Assembly (NCBI GenBank): GCA_024860875.1 | Contig: JACPSZ010000015.1 | Location: forward strand, 51,325 to 115,324 | Direction of reading: 5' to 3' | Source of the DNA: Nitrososphaerota archaeon | GTDB taxonomy: Archaea; Thermoproteota; Nitrososphaeria; Nitrososphaerales; UBA57 | Length of the DNA stretch: 64,000 bases | Part shown: piece after piece, positions 27,362-37,310 of the stretch | How the letters are laid out: every line of letters begins with the position of its first letter | Numbering within the stretch: position 1 is the first letter of the stretch | Position numbers and translations under genes: made by a program | Notes under the pieces: model-generated | What the model saw: the letters and a program-made list of their open reading frames with translations, nothing else | What the model was told of the DNA's origin: nothing | Databases searched by the model: none

Positions 27362-27999
27362 ACTATCCTGATCGTTGGATTCTCGATATTGCCTTGCTTT
27401 GCAAGGCTTACAAGCGCTACCGCTATTCCCTCCACATATATTGATAATTTTAAAGGCCCTGCATAGAAAGCTCTTACATCACCAATCTCTTCTATCATCT
27501 TGCAGACCTTCATTGCATTACGAACATCGTCGCCGCAGACAAGCACATCGCAATTAACAGGTTTTTCAATGTCAGCAAGTCGCTTGTAAGGTATTGGATG
27601 TAGCGCTGACACAACTCTGTCCCTGAACCCCAGTTTTGCAGCTAATGCTTCTGCACAGGACAATCTGGGATGCAGAGATTCTTGGCTGTTAATATTAACA
27701 ATAGGAGAAACTACTATCTGCTTTTTTAGATTCAAAGAGGATGCAAGCTCTAAAGCTGGCCCAAGTTTCAGGCAGAAGAAGACAATATTAGCAGATTGGG
27801 CTGCAGAAACGTTGTCCTCTCCTTCTATAGAATTTGAAAAGTTGCTATTATGCTTCTTACAAATATTTGTATACAAATCAGCAGTGGCCTTGGCCTTCGA
27901 TCTATCTCTAGATCCTATAATAATATCGTTGCTCTTTGCTAGTCTTAAAGCCAGACCTTTACCGAACTTGCCCGTGCCGCCTAGAATGGCAACCTTCAT
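27358..27999 (-). CDS. npdG: NADPH-dependent F420 reductase
   Basis: 213-aa ORF; MKVAILGGTGKFGKGLALRLAK..IIGSRDRSKA is the typical NpdG N-terminus. Confidence 0.75.
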   Translation of the reverse strand: MKVAILGGTGKFGKGLALRLAKSNDIIIGSRDRSKAKATADLYTNICKKHNSNFSNSIEGEDNVSAAQSANIVFFCLKLGPALELASSLNLKKQIVVSPIVNINSQESLHPRLSCAEALAAKLGFRDRVVSALHPIPYKRLADIEKPVNCDVLVCGDDVRNAMKVCKMIEEIGDVRAFYAGPLKLSIYVEGIAVALVSLAKQGNIENPTIRIV

Positions 28000-28066
28000 C
28001 AGTTCCTTGCAAAAAATATGCTAGTATTTGAGTGTCAGAAAAAAATGAGGGGTTGAACCCCCAATT

Positions 28067-28837
28067 CTAGTCGTGCCTTTCCCTGATTCCTTTGGAGTCC
28101 TTGTGTACATTCTTGAGCAGGGAATCTAGCTCCTTCATGTCAACTCTGTAGTCTAGTCCTCTTACGTTATCCCTGCCATGTTTCTCGCGTAGGTTAGCGG
28201 CTGCCGGTCTCTCGCCTAGCGCTTCCCTGTACGTCTTGATAGCCTGCTGGATTTCATTATTGGCACTCCTTATCTCCTTGGCAGCAGTTTTGATGTCAGG
28301 CTGCACCTGTGTCAATGCTGTCTTTGCGAGGTTAAGGTGTCTATGAGCCTCGTCAAGATGCGTGTTCACCTCGTCCTTTACGGTCTGCGAGACATTGGAC
28401 TGCGCGATTCCGTCCCTGATTGTCTGTATTCTGGACTCTAGTCTTGTGATAAGGTTCATCAAACCCTTGATAGTTTCATCCTTCCGAATTTCCTGAACGA
28501 AGGTATGGTCTACTGCCCTTATTGCGTTTGTGAAGTACTCCATTGCTAGATGAGTCTTGGCTACTGCCCTTGCAGTTTCGTTGTTCGCCATATGGGACTT
28601 TGCTTCTTCCAGAACTGCTGAACCCTTCTCTATCAATGCATAGGCTCTTGTAGCATTGACACCTTTGCTAGCCGCAAGGCCTACGAGTTCCCTAGCTTGA
28701 TCTCTTGCCTTCTCTGCTACGATTATGTAGTCTGGGACTTTGCTTGCACCGCTGGACTGCGCATATACGAAGTTTCCTACAGCTGCTGTTGCCAGTATGG
28801 CAACCAGCACCAATCCGATTGTTTTTGTCTTTGGCAT
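28067..28837 (-). CDS. Secreted all-helical hypothetical protein
   Basis: 256-aa ORF; N-terminal signal/anchor (IGLVLVAILATAAVGNFVYA), remainder helical/charged. Confidence 0.5.
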   Translation of the reverse strand: MPKTKTIGLVLVAILATAAVGNFVYAQSSGASKVPDYIIVAEKARDQARELVGLAASKGVNATRAYALIEKGSAVLEEAKSHMANNETARAVAKTHLAMEYFTNAIRAVDHTFVQEIRKDETIKGLMNLITRLESRIQTIRDGIAQSNVSQTVKDEVNTHLDEAHRHLNLAKTALTQVQPDIKTAAKEIRSANNEIQQAIKTYREALGERPAAANLREKHGRDNVRGLDYRVDMKELDSLLKNVHKDSKGIRERHD

Positions 28838-29110
28838 TTCTTAATGCACTGGCTGTTTATAATGCGTACAGGAAGTATAAGGAACCCTTTGGAGATAACG
28901 TTCCAATCGTTCTGGAACACTTCACTACGGATCTGAACCTAAAATTCTATCCTGCTCACGCTCGTGCCCTGAAATTGTTATAACTCCCCGATGTAGTTGT
29001 ACATTCGTCATATTGAGTTACTAACAAACACGCCCCCTGTGTGTAAAATATGATAGGAGCTACAACATAAAGACAAAACCGAGCCGTTCATGGTCCCCTC
29101 AGAGACAACA

Positions 29111-29428
29111 TTACCGCTTTATCGTAAAGGAGGAATATCTGTCAAACTTGTCCTCCCATCTTACCTCAATATTGGAAACCCTTGCAAACAGAGGTCCCTT
29201 CTTGCACATCTCTATGACCCGCTCTATCACTTCCTTTTCCCCTTCGAGAACAGCCTCAACCCTTCCATCATCCAAGTTCATGACCCAGCCTGTTATGCCC
29301 TGCATAGTAGCACGGGTTCTGACAAAGTTCCTATAACCTATTCCCTGCACCTCTCCTTCCACAACGATTCTTGCCCGAGCGTAAGCCATAATGCAGGCCA
29401 GAGCCCTTATAGCTGTTGCTAAAAACAT
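29111..29428 (-). CDS. acyP: Acylphosphatase
   Basis: 105-aa ORF; VEGEVQGIGYRNFV...GWVMNLDDGRVEAVLEG signature. Confidence 0.85.
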   Translation of the reverse strand: MFLATAIRALACIMAYARARIVVEGEVQGIGYRNFVRTRATMQGITGWVMNLDDGRVEAVLEGEKEVIERVIEMCKKGPLFARVSNIEVRWEDKFDRYSSFTIKR

Positions 29429-29456
29429 TATAGTTTGCAGGATCCATGTTCGGCGA

Positions 29457-30629
29457 ATGGCAAGTCAGGCTTCCAAAAGAATTCGGAAAGAAGATTTGAT
29501 CAAACTTACACAAGCGATGGTGAGAATTCCAAGTGTAAACCCTCCAGGCAATGAAGACGACCTAGCTGAATTTTTGGTGCAGGAACTGAAATCCTATGGT
29601 TTTTCGAGCAAACTTGTGAATGTTAAGCCAAAAAGGTCTAACGTTATGGCAATGCTATCTGGCAAAAAGAAGGGCAAAACGATTCTGATGAACGGGCACA
29701 TGGACGTCGTGCCCGTAGGTGATTTATCCGCATGGAAGTTTGAACCATTTTCGGGGACCCTCCATCAAGGTAGGATTTACGGGAGGGGTAGCGTGGACAT
29801 GAAAGGAGGTCTGGCCTCTGCGATAATTGCTACAAAGGCTTTTGCAGATACTTATGGAGAAGACTTTGCCGGAAGTATACTGATTGCTGGGGTTGTCGAT
29901 GAAGAGGATGCTGGAATTGGTTCGAAGAAATTAGTTGAAAGTGCAAAGGCGGACATGGCAATAGTTGCGGAAGCTTCTGATAATGCGATATACAGGGCGC
30001 ACAAAGGAGTTCTGTGGTTCGAGATAACAACAAAGGGCCAGGCACTGCATTCTAGCAGGGTAAGGTCAGGGAACTTTGAAAATGCCATTTACAGAATGAC
30101 CAGAGTCGTTAACGCATTGGAGGATTACCTTGCTGAGCTGGAAAAGAGGAAAGATGCTCTGGTCGGCAATCCGACAATAAACGTGAGCGTCATAAAAGGA
30201 GGGACGAAGACAAACGTTGTACCAGATTTATGCACTATAACTGTCGATAGACGCCTGTTGCCAAATGAAGATCCAAAAGTTGCTCTTGAAGAAATACACA
30301 AGTTGCTGGTGAGCAAGACAAAACTGAAGGACTTGGCCTTCCATGTAGCTCTGGAGAGAGAAGGCACTATCATTAAAGAAAGTGAGCCAATTGTGAAGCT
30401 AACTAGGAACGCTATACAAGAAGTTACTGGCAAACAACCTAAGGTCACTGGTTGTATGGCCACTACTGATATGGCATTTCTTGTCAATCAGGGAAAAATC
30501 CCTTCAGTTGTCTATGGACCCGGAAGTCTCGAACAGGCTCACGTTGCCAACGAATATGTCGAGGTTGATGAATTGCTCAAGGCGGCAAAGGTCTATGCAA
30601 CCATGTTTGAAAAGATCCTCTGCAAATAG
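29457..30629 (+). CDS. M20-family metallohydrolase (ArgE/DapE/LysK-like deacetylase)
   Basis: ORF 29391-30629; start moved to ATG 29457 (MASQ) to avoid overlapping acyP; LMNGHMDVVP, GRGSVDMKGG, DEEDAGIGS motifs. Confidence 0.8.
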   Translation: MASQASKRIRKEDLIKLTQAMVRIPSVNPPGNEDDLAEFLVQELKSYGFSSKLVNVKPKRSNVMAMLSGKKKGKTILMNGHMDVVPVGDLSAWKFEPFSGTLHQGRIYGRGSVDMKGGLASAIIATKAFADTYGEDFAGSILIAGVVDEEDAGIGSKKLVESAKADMAIVAEASDNAIYRAHKGVLWFEITTKGQALHSSRVRSGNFENAIYRMTRVVNALEDYLAELEKRKDALVGNPTINVSVIKGGTKTNVVPDLCTITVDRRLLPNEDPKVALEEIHKLLVSKTKLKDLAFHVALEREGTIIKESEPIVKLTRNAIQEVTGKQPKVTGCMATTDMAFLVNQGKIPSVVYGPGSLEQAHVANEYVEVDELLKAAKVYATMFEKILCK

Positions 30630-30834
30630 CTATCCGTATTGCGACTAGTCACGCATAGAAAATTGAAAGAAGATAGGCTGGCCAATACCTGTCCCAATAG
30701 ATTTAGGTGAGTGACCTCCCTCGTCTAAAGGCATTTAGCAGAGTCGTTGTTATTATTAAGAAAGCCTCTGTAGGCATATCTTGAAACTTTTTGGGCTTGA
30801 GCGTAGATAAGTCTGCCTTAGGATGGGTCGAGTT

Positions 30835-31923
30835 ATGAAAAAGGAAGTTGCCATAATTGGAGGGGGTATAGTTGGTTTGTGCTCTGCATACTATCTTAGC
30901 AAAGCAGGGATCAGCGTAGTTGTGCTTGAGAGAGGCAAGATTGCCGATGAAGCCTCTTACAACAACATGGGCGGCCTGTGGCCAAACATCATGTCAAGAC
31001 CCGACATTACCAAACCGTTTGCCGATTTGAGCCTCTCACTCTACGAAGAGATGGCTACAAAAGAAGGTTTCAGGTTTGAGTTCAGGCGAAATGGAGTATT
31101 AGAAGTTCTTTCTGAGGGCGCAGATGAAGGGGAAAAGCAGATTCAGGAAAGGAGGGCTAAAGGATACAATGTCAAGTTTCTAAACCCGAGCGAGATTGAG
31201 AAGATAGAACCCAACATTTCAAAGAATTTTGTAGGAGGTATATTCTGCCCAAAGGATGCAAATGCGAGCTCCTTCCTTCTTGCAAAGGAACTTTACGCAT
31301 ACCTGACGAAAAAAGGCGTCTCTATTATAGAGGGTGCCGAGGTTCTTGATTTTCAAGTTGAGAGTGACAGAATAGTGGAGATAGAAACGTCAAAAGGTTC
31401 CTTCTCAGCCAAGTTTGTCGTAAATACTGCAGGGCCGTGGTCTCCCTTCATTGGTGACTTGCTGGGCATTTCTATACCCGTGCAGCCTGCAAAGGGTTAC
31501 ATGCGAGAAACTGGGCCAGTCGAAAAACTCATCAATGCGGCTATTACAAACAGCAATGTCGTAGTTACTCAAAGGCCTGCAGGGCAGATACGAATGGGCG
31601 GCGTAGTGGAGTTTGCAGGGTTCGACAGAACCTTTGACAAGGTGAAAAAGCAAGTAGTTTTGGATGCGACATCTTCAATACTTCCTGCACTAGAGAGATT
31701 TTCAATTGCAGATGAGAGGACAGGTTTTAGGCCTCATACACCGGATGGGCTGCCGATAATTGGCTACTCTAAGCAAGTCAGCAATATGATAATTGCGACG
31801 GGACATTTCAGAAGAGGTTTCGAGCTGGCGTCAGGTACGGGCAAGGTGGTTGCTGAACTGATTTGTGACGGAAAAACATTTGCAGATGTTGAATTTGCCT
31901 CGCCCAAGCGCTTCGGTTTGTAA
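30835..31923 (+). CDS. FAD-dependent oxidoreductase (DAO family; glycine/D-amino-acid oxidase-like)
   Basis: ORF 30823-31923; VAIIGGGIVGLCSAYYL dinucleotide fold, TGHFRRGFEL C-terminal motif. Confidence 0.8.
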   Translation: MKKEVAIIGGGIVGLCSAYYLSKAGISVVVLERGKIADEASYNNMGGLWPNIMSRPDITKPFADLSLSLYEEMATKEGFRFEFRRNGVLEVLSEGADEGEKQIQERRAKGYNVKFLNPSEIEKIEPNISKNFVGGIFCPKDANASSFLLAKELYAYLTKKGVSIIEGAEVLDFQVESDRIVEIETSKGSFSAKFVVNTAGPWSPFIGDLLGISIPVQPAKGYMRETGPVEKLINAAITNSNVVVTQRPAGQIRMGGVVEFAGFDRTFDKVKKQVVLDATSSILPALERFSIADERTGFRPHTPDGLPIIGYSKQVSNMIIATGHFRRGFELASGTGKVVAELICDGKTFADVEFASPKRFGL

Positions 31924-32661
31924 TTACTCGGTTATCCTAATGATGAAGCGGCCGCTGATCCTGTCAAGCGCTGCCCTGATCTCCTTCTCTCTAGCGTTGA
32001 GTATCTCTGCAAGTTCATCGACGGTAGTACTCCGTCTCCCAAACATCTGGTACATTATCCTCCTGTGAAGGTCTTCCTCCAACGATTCTCTTATGGCCCT
32101 GTGAGCTGCCTGCATAACCTCTTCCTTTATAACAAGCAGTGCAACTTTCTCCTCTTCAAGCCCGTCCACTCTAGAATCGAGTTCGTTCAAAAGCCTCTCT
32201 GCCCTTTCGATTATGGCTGAGTTGTCGCCTTCTTCAGAAATGCTCTGTGCATCCGCTCGGAACCTTCTTACAATCTCGTTTTGTTCAGCTCTTGCCGGCC
32301 TCTCTTGGTCTCTTATCTCCATCAGGGCAAGTTCAACTGCATCGCCCATTATCCCAATTGAAAGGTACAATGACGTGTTTAGCCTGTAATATTTCCTGTC
32401 CGGGGCTGCAAGTTCGCTTTTTGTTCTAAACGACGTTATCATTCCTGCATCTTCAAGGAGGATAAGATGTTTTAGAACTGCTTGCTGGCTTACTCCCAGC
32501 TCTTTCGAAAGCTGTATGAAATATTTCGGCTCGTCGGCGAGTTTCCCGAGTATGCGCCTTCGAGTCTCATTTCCCAATATGTCCAGAAGCTTTCCTATGC
32601 CTGTTGCTTCGTCAGACATCGTTATTTTTAACAATGCGATGCCTATAAACTTTCTAATCAT
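31924..32661 (-). CDS. ArsR-type winged-helix regulator with long C-terminal coiled-coil extension
   Basis: 245-aa ORF; LGNETRRRILGKLADEPKYFIQLSKELGVSQQAVLKHLILLEDAGMI. Confidence 0.65.
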   Translation of the reverse strand: MIRKFIGIALLKITMSDEATGIGKLLDILGNETRRRILGKLADEPKYFIQLSKELGVSQQAVLKHLILLEDAGMITSFRTKSELAAPDRKYYRLNTSLYLSIGIMGDAVELALMEIRDQERPARAEQNEIVRRFRADAQSISEEGDNSAIIERAERLLNELDSRVDGLEEEKVALLVIKEEVMQAAHRAIRESLEEDLHRRIMYQMFGRRSTTVDELAEILNAREKEIRAALDRISGRFIIRITE

Positions 32662-32718
32662 TAGATACTAACTAAAGGTCGGCATGGCTCGTGAAGATTC
32701 CGCACAATACTTAATTGT

Positions 32719-34413
32719 GTGTTCGAAATCGAGATTTCGTTCCGAATAGCAATGAAAGGCATTAACGGAGAAACTAAGCTTCTGCTGGCATTTGGAATTT
32801 CTGGTTTGGCTGCTCTGTCCCACGAGGTAGTCTGGACCAGATTGATGGTTCTGATATTTGGCTCTACAGTCTACGCGGTAAGCACCATCTTGACTGCTTT
32901 CATGGCTGGATTAGCTCTGGGAAGTTATTACATCGGAAAGAAGATTGCCAGCATCAAAAACCTCTACGCTCTTTTCGGTTTCGTTGAGCTTGGGATTGGA
33001 ATTTATGGCATCGCATTTCCTCAAATCCTGCCCTACATGCAGTATCCCTATTTCATTCTCTACAAAGTCCTTGGGGGCTCGTTTGTCCTCTTCCAAGCTA
33101 CTCAAGTCCTCATCTATCTAGTGCTTCTGCTGTTGCCAACATTCCTTATGGGAGCAACATTCCCCATTCTCAGCAAGATCGTAGTTACAGACCTTGATTC
33201 GAGCGGCAAGAAGATCGGCTTCCTTTATTCTTCAAATTCTATCGGCTCAATGATGGGACCCGTAATTTCAGGCTTCTTCCTGATACCCGTAGTCGGAATT
33301 AGGTACACAGCATTAGTGGCAGGGATTCTAAACATTGCCCTAGGCTTGGCGTTCCTCTTCTCCTCAAAGAATAACAAGAAGGCTCTAGCAGCGATCCCCA
33401 TAGCCCTGCTGGTAGTTTCTTCAGGCTATGTAGCATACCAGAACCCCCTCAGGACAATAAACTTCTACTACATTCCCATCTTCGAAGACCTTGGAGAGGT
33501 TGAAGAATTCCTCCAAGCACAGCAGACCGTATTCTATAGAGAAGGTCTTTACAGCACCGTGGAGGTAATGAAATCAGGCGGCACCCTTTCGCTCAAAATC
33601 GACGGGAGGGTGGATGCCAGCACTTCCTTGAGGGACATGTCTACTCAGCACCTTCTAGCCTACCTTCCTTTCCTGCTTCACAAGAATCCCGAAAAGATTC
33701 TCAACATTGGTCTTGGAGGAGGCTTTACCATTGGGGCTTTGAAAAACCTCAATGCCAGCCTAGATGTAGTCGAGATAGACGAAGCAGTAGTAGAATCCAA
33801 CGAAAAAATCTTCAAGGCTTACAACAACGATGCCTTGAATAATGACAAAATGCACCTGTACGTTACAGATGCCAGAAACTTCCTGTTTACAACGGACAGC
33901 AAATGGGACATCATAATTTCCGAGCCCTCGAACCCTGTAACCTCATCTGTCAACCACTTATTCACAAAGGAGTTCTTCGTGCTTGCCAAGGAGCACCTCA
34001 AAGAAGGAGGAATACTTGCTCAATGGTTCCCTAACGATGGCAGCATCTCCGAAAGAGAATACAAAATAATACTAAAAACTTTGGTATCAGAATTTCCCTA
34101 CGTTTCGATATGGGACGTTTCTTACGAGAAGAGGCTTTCCAACACGCTGATGATAGCATCATTGAAACCTGAATCCACAACTGTTGCAAGCTTCCCGAAC
34201 AAAGCCGTAGAAAATGATATGATAGAAATAGGGATCAACAGCCCCCAAGAGCTCAATGCAAGACTGGTCTGCAACCCTGACGGCTCGAAAAAATTTGCTG
34301 CAGATGCTCAAACTATGAACCTTGACGATCTCCCAATCATAGAATTCCTTGTGCCGAGAAACTACTTCGGCGAAGGGACGAGGCTCACCGAAATGTGCAC
34401 CAACGTAAACTAG
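32719..34413 (+). CDS. Fused polytopic membrane domain + spermidine synthase-like aminopropyl/methyltransferase domain
   Basis: 564-aa ORF; about 7 N-terminal TM segments, then ILNIGLGGGFTIGAL (SAM-type G-loop) and DIIISEPSNP. Confidence 0.7.
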   Translation: MFEIEISFRIAMKGINGETKLLLAFGISGLAALSHEVVWTRLMVLIFGSTVYAVSTILTAFMAGLALGSYYIGKKIASIKNLYALFGFVELGIGIYGIAFPQILPYMQYPYFILYKVLGGSFVLFQATQVLIYLVLLLLPTFLMGATFPILSKIVVTDLDSSGKKIGFLYSSNSIGSMMGPVISGFFLIPVVGIRYTALVAGILNIALGLAFLFSSKNNKKALAAIPIALLVVSSGYVAYQNPLRTINFYYIPIFEDLGEVEEFLQAQQTVFYREGLYSTVEVMKSGGTLSLKIDGRVDASTSLRDMSTQHLLAYLPFLLHKNPEKILNIGLGGGFTIGALKNLNASLDVVEIDEAVVESNEKIFKAYNNDALNNDKMHLYVTDARNFLFTTDSKWDIIISEPSNPVTSSVNHLFTKEFFVLAKEHLKEGGILAQWFPNDGSISEREYKIILKTLVSEFPYVSIWDVSYEKRLSNTLMIASLKPESTTVASFPNKAVENDMIEIGINSPQELNARLVCNPDGSKKFAADAQTMNLDDLPIIEFLVPRNYFGEGTRLTEMCTNVN

Positions 34414-34454
34414 AACCTTCTGTTTTTAAGCCAAGCATATCATCCGTGCTTCCC

Positions 34455-34682
34455 ATGGGAAAGAAGATAGCAGTTGTCGTGCTGGAGCATACTTGCGACG
34501 AAAACCCGTGCCATCTGGATAACAACAGCCAATCACAGTGGATACGTAATGCGATGCCATTGGACAAGATAAAGTGGAACTGGAACCTCTACAAGGTTAC
34601 GGTTTACGATCTAACTGGCAAGGAGGAAAGAGACATCGTTGCTGAATTCTTGGAGAACGAGGAAGAAGAAGAGGCTGAATGA
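34455..34682 (+). CDS. Small hypothetical protein with acidic tail
   Basis: ORF 34395-34682, probable ATG at 34455 (MGKKIAVVVLEH...EEEEEAE); 4-nt overlap with the next gene. Confidence 0.3.
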   Translation: MGKKIAVVVLEHTCDENPCHLDNNSQSQWIRNAMPLDKIKWNWNLYKVTVYDLTGKEERDIVAEFLENEEEEEAE

Positions 34683-35104
34683 TGGAAATCTATTCGGAAG
34701 AAATTCAGGTTCCAACTGGCAGCGACATCAATCCGGTGAACATTACCGAAAAGGTTCAAGCTGTAGCTAAAAAGAGTGGAATCTCTGACGGAGCATGCTT
34801 TGTGTATTCCATGCATACTACAGCTGCTGTAATTGTCAATGAAAACGAGCCGGGCCTCTTGAAGGACATAGTTGCAAAACTTACTCATGATTTTCCGAAA
34901 AATGCAGGTTGGGAGCATGATAGACACGATAACAATGCGCATTCGCACCTTGCAGCAACATACGTTGGAATATCAAAGATTCTGCCTGTGGAAAATGGAA
35001 AAATCAAACTTGGGGCATGGCAGTCGGTATTTCTTCTTGAGCTGGATGGGCCTCGTAATAGATCAGTCTTCATACAGATTATGGGCGTCGGAGAGAGCGA
35101 CTAG
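34679..35104 (+). CDS. YjbQ/UPF0047 family protein (secondary thiamine-phosphate synthase)
   Basis: 141-aa ORF; MHTTAAVIVNENEPGL ... NAHSHL ... LGAWQSVFLLELDGPR. Confidence 0.8.
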   Translation: MMEIYSEEIQVPTGSDINPVNITEKVQAVAKKSGISDGACFVYSMHTTAAVIVNENEPGLLKDIVAKLTHDFPKNAGWEHDRHDNNAHSHLAATYVGISKILPVENGKIKLGAWQSVFLLELDGPRNRSVFIQIMGVGESD

Positions 35105-35499
35105 ACTAGCTGCTCGAGCAGAGCTATTACCCTCTGCTCTATGTCGTCTCTAATCTCCCTGATTTTTTCCATCGGCTTACCCTTTGGGTCTTCGAGTTTC
35201 CAGTCAACGGTCTTTTTCAGCATAGGAGCGGGACACAAACCTTCAACACTGCAGCCCATCGTTATGATTGCGGCGGCCTTGTCGGCCATTTTGACATCAA
35301 AAATCTTCGGCGTGTTTTTCGAGATGTCTATACCCTTTTCCTTCATCACGATAGAGACTTCTGGGTGAACATGTTTGGCAGGCAACGTGCCGGCACTTAC
35401 CGCTTCTATTTTATCGCCTCCGTACTTTTTTGCAAATGCTTCGGCCATCTGGCTCCTTCCAGCATTTCCGACGCAGACGAACATCACCAATTTTTTCAT
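35101..35499 (-). CDS. Low-molecular-weight phosphotyrosine phosphatase / arsenate reductase family
   Basis: ORF 35101-35532; ATG at 35499 gives MKKLVMFVCVGNAGRSQMAEA (CX5R P-loop). Confidence 0.8.
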   Translation of the reverse strand: MKKLVMFVCVGNAGRSQMAEAFAKKYGGDKIEAVSAGTLPAKHVHPEVSIVMKEKGIDISKNTPKIFDVKMADKAAAIITMGCSVEGLCPAPMLKKTVDWKLEDPKGKPMEKIREIRDDIEQRVIALLEQLV

Positions 35500-35532
35500 T
35501 TGCAAACCTCGGCAATCATGTATACAAAGCAA

Positions 35533-37251
35533 TCAATGCTTTAAGCTTGTCAAAAAGCGATCTACATGCAAAGTGTTTACAACATTTTCGGCTGTAGCCC
35601 AACCTCTCCTTGCTTGCCCTATCCCATACTCCAGGTACTGAAAGTGCAGGGTTGAGTGAGCGTCGGAATCTATGCAGAGTTTGGCACCAATTTGAACTGC
35701 CTTGCGAATATATTCGTCTTTAAGGTCTAGCCTGTTAGGGTATGCATTTATTTCGAGAACAGTCTCTGTGTCTCTACACTTCTGTATAACTCTCTCAATG
35801 TCTATTTCGTAGGGAGCTCTCTGGTTGATCAATCTTCCAGTAGGATGAAACAGTACGTCTACATTGGGGTTCTCAATCGCTTCCAGAACTCTTCTGGTCT
35901 GCTCCTCTTTTGGAAGGTCAAACGCAGAATGAATTGATGCACCCACAACGTCCAGTTCTTTCAGCGTCTTGTCTGCAATGTCCAGAGTCCCATCTTTGAA
36001 GATGTTAACTTCTGCTCCCTTCAAGATTCTGAATCCTTCAAATTTTTTATTTATCTTATCAATATCTTTCCCCTGATCCGCAATTCCCTCTTCGTCGAGC
36101 CCTCTAGCAACTCCAAGAGATTTGGTATGGTCTGTTATAGCTATATACTCAAGCCCTATTTTCTTTGCAGCATCCACCATTTCTTCTATAGAGTTCAAAC
36201 CATCGGTATAATTTGTCTGCACCTGCAGATCGCCTTTCAGCGAATTGTATTCTATTAGCTTGGGAAGTCTTTTGTTAGCTGCTAGATCGATCTCGCCATT
36301 GTTCTCCCGCATTTCCGGAGGAATATAGTCAAGTCCAAGAATTTTGTAAATCTCTTCTTCGCTCTTGCCTGCTATCTGCCTTTCCCCCTCGTATAGGCCG
36401 TACTCGTTCAGCTTCCAGCCCCGCACTATGGCCATGGTTCTGAGCGCAACATTGTGATCTTTGTTGCCAGTAAAATACTGCATGGCGGCGCCAAAATTTT
36501 CCTTCCCAACTATTCTCAAATCTGCATCTATGCCTAAAGAAAGTCTAACATTGGATTTTGTAGTGCCCTTGCTGTAGACATGAGTAACTTCGGGCAGCGT
36601 CGTAAAGAAGCTCATAACTTCATCAGGTCTGTCTGATGCAACAAGAAAGTCTGCATCCCCAATAGTTTCCTTCATCCTCCTTGCCGAGCCGCAGAGCATC
36701 GCGTTTTGCACTACTAGATGCCTTTTGAGACGAGATTCTATGTTCCTTAAACTCGGGAGCATATCCCCAAGGAGGAAACGTCCTCTGCCCTGCTTGAAGA
36801 ACTCTATCGATTTGCGTATTTGCTGCTCCTTCTTCTCCCCAAAGCCTGATAATTTCTTGAGCTTTCCTTCAGCAATTACTTTCTCGAGGTCTTCGATCGT
36901 GCTAACATTCAGTTTTTGATATAACGTCTTGATCGTCTTTGGTCCTACGCCTTCAAGCGAAGTTAGCCCATCAAGATCGATTGGGAACTCTTTCTTACGT
37001 TCTTCATAGAGACGTAAATGGCCAGTTTGCAGGATTTCTTCGATCTTCTCTGAAATCGCTTTGCCTATACCCTCGATCTCCTGCAGAGCTTCTAGCCCTC
37101 CACCTTCATAGACATCTTTTATTTCTCTGCCGTAGCTCTCGATCATCCTTGCAGCCTTGTCGTAGGCCCTTGCTTTGAAGAACTCATCCTTCATTTCTTC
37201 GAATAATGCAAGATGATAGAAGATTTTTGCAATCTCGGGATTCTTCATCAT
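35533..37251 (-). CDS. Family X DNA polymerase with C-terminal PHP domain
   Basis: 572-aa ORF; HhH N-terminus (IAKIFYHLA..KARAYDKAA), GSARRMKETIGDADFLV palm motif, PHP block (ITDHT...DSDAHS). Confidence 0.9.
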   Translation of the reverse strand: MMKNPEIAKIFYHLALFEEMKDEFFKARAYDKAARMIESYGREIKDVYEGGGLEALQEIEGIGKAISEKIEEILQTGHLRLYEERKKEFPIDLDGLTSLEGVGPKTIKTLYQKLNVSTIEDLEKVIAEGKLKKLSGFGEKKEQQIRKSIEFFKQGRGRFLLGDMLPSLRNIESRLKRHLVVQNAMLCGSARRMKETIGDADFLVASDRPDEVMSFFTTLPEVTHVYSKGTTKSNVRLSLGIDADLRIVGKENFGAAMQYFTGNKDHNVALRTMAIVRGWKLNEYGLYEGERQIAGKSEEEIYKILGLDYIPPEMRENNGEIDLAANKRLPKLIEYNSLKGDLQVQTNYTDGLNSIEEMVDAAKKIGLEYIAITDHTKSLGVARGLDEEGIADQGKDIDKINKKFEGFRILKGAEVNIFKDGTLDIADKTLKELDVVGASIHSAFDLPKEEQTRRVLEAIENPNVDVLFHPTGRLINQRAPYEIDIERVIQKCRDTETVLEINAYPNRLDLKDEYIRKAVQIGAKLCIDSDAHSTLHFQYLEYGIGQARRGWATAENVVNTLHVDRFLTSLKH

Positions 37252-37310
37252 TAGCTCTTCTACCGTTTATGAGCTAAAAAGTTCAGGGCTAAAAAAATGC
37301 GCCCATAAGA

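Noticed and set aside
28697-28983. Plus-strand ORFs of 79 and 92 aa spanning the start of the 28067-28837 gene and the following gap; the tail AVYNAYRKYKEPFGDNVPIVLEHFTTDL looks protein-like
   Set aside because: The annotated starts lie antisense inside the secreted-protein gene. Within the gap itself there is no canonical start (only a CTG), and no family is recognised. The evidence is too weak to call.
31939-31958. AATGATGA ... CTGA resembling C and D boxes of an sRNA
   Set aside because: The boxes are only 8 nt apart, so there is no room for a guide. They also lie inside the ArsR-type CDS 3' end.
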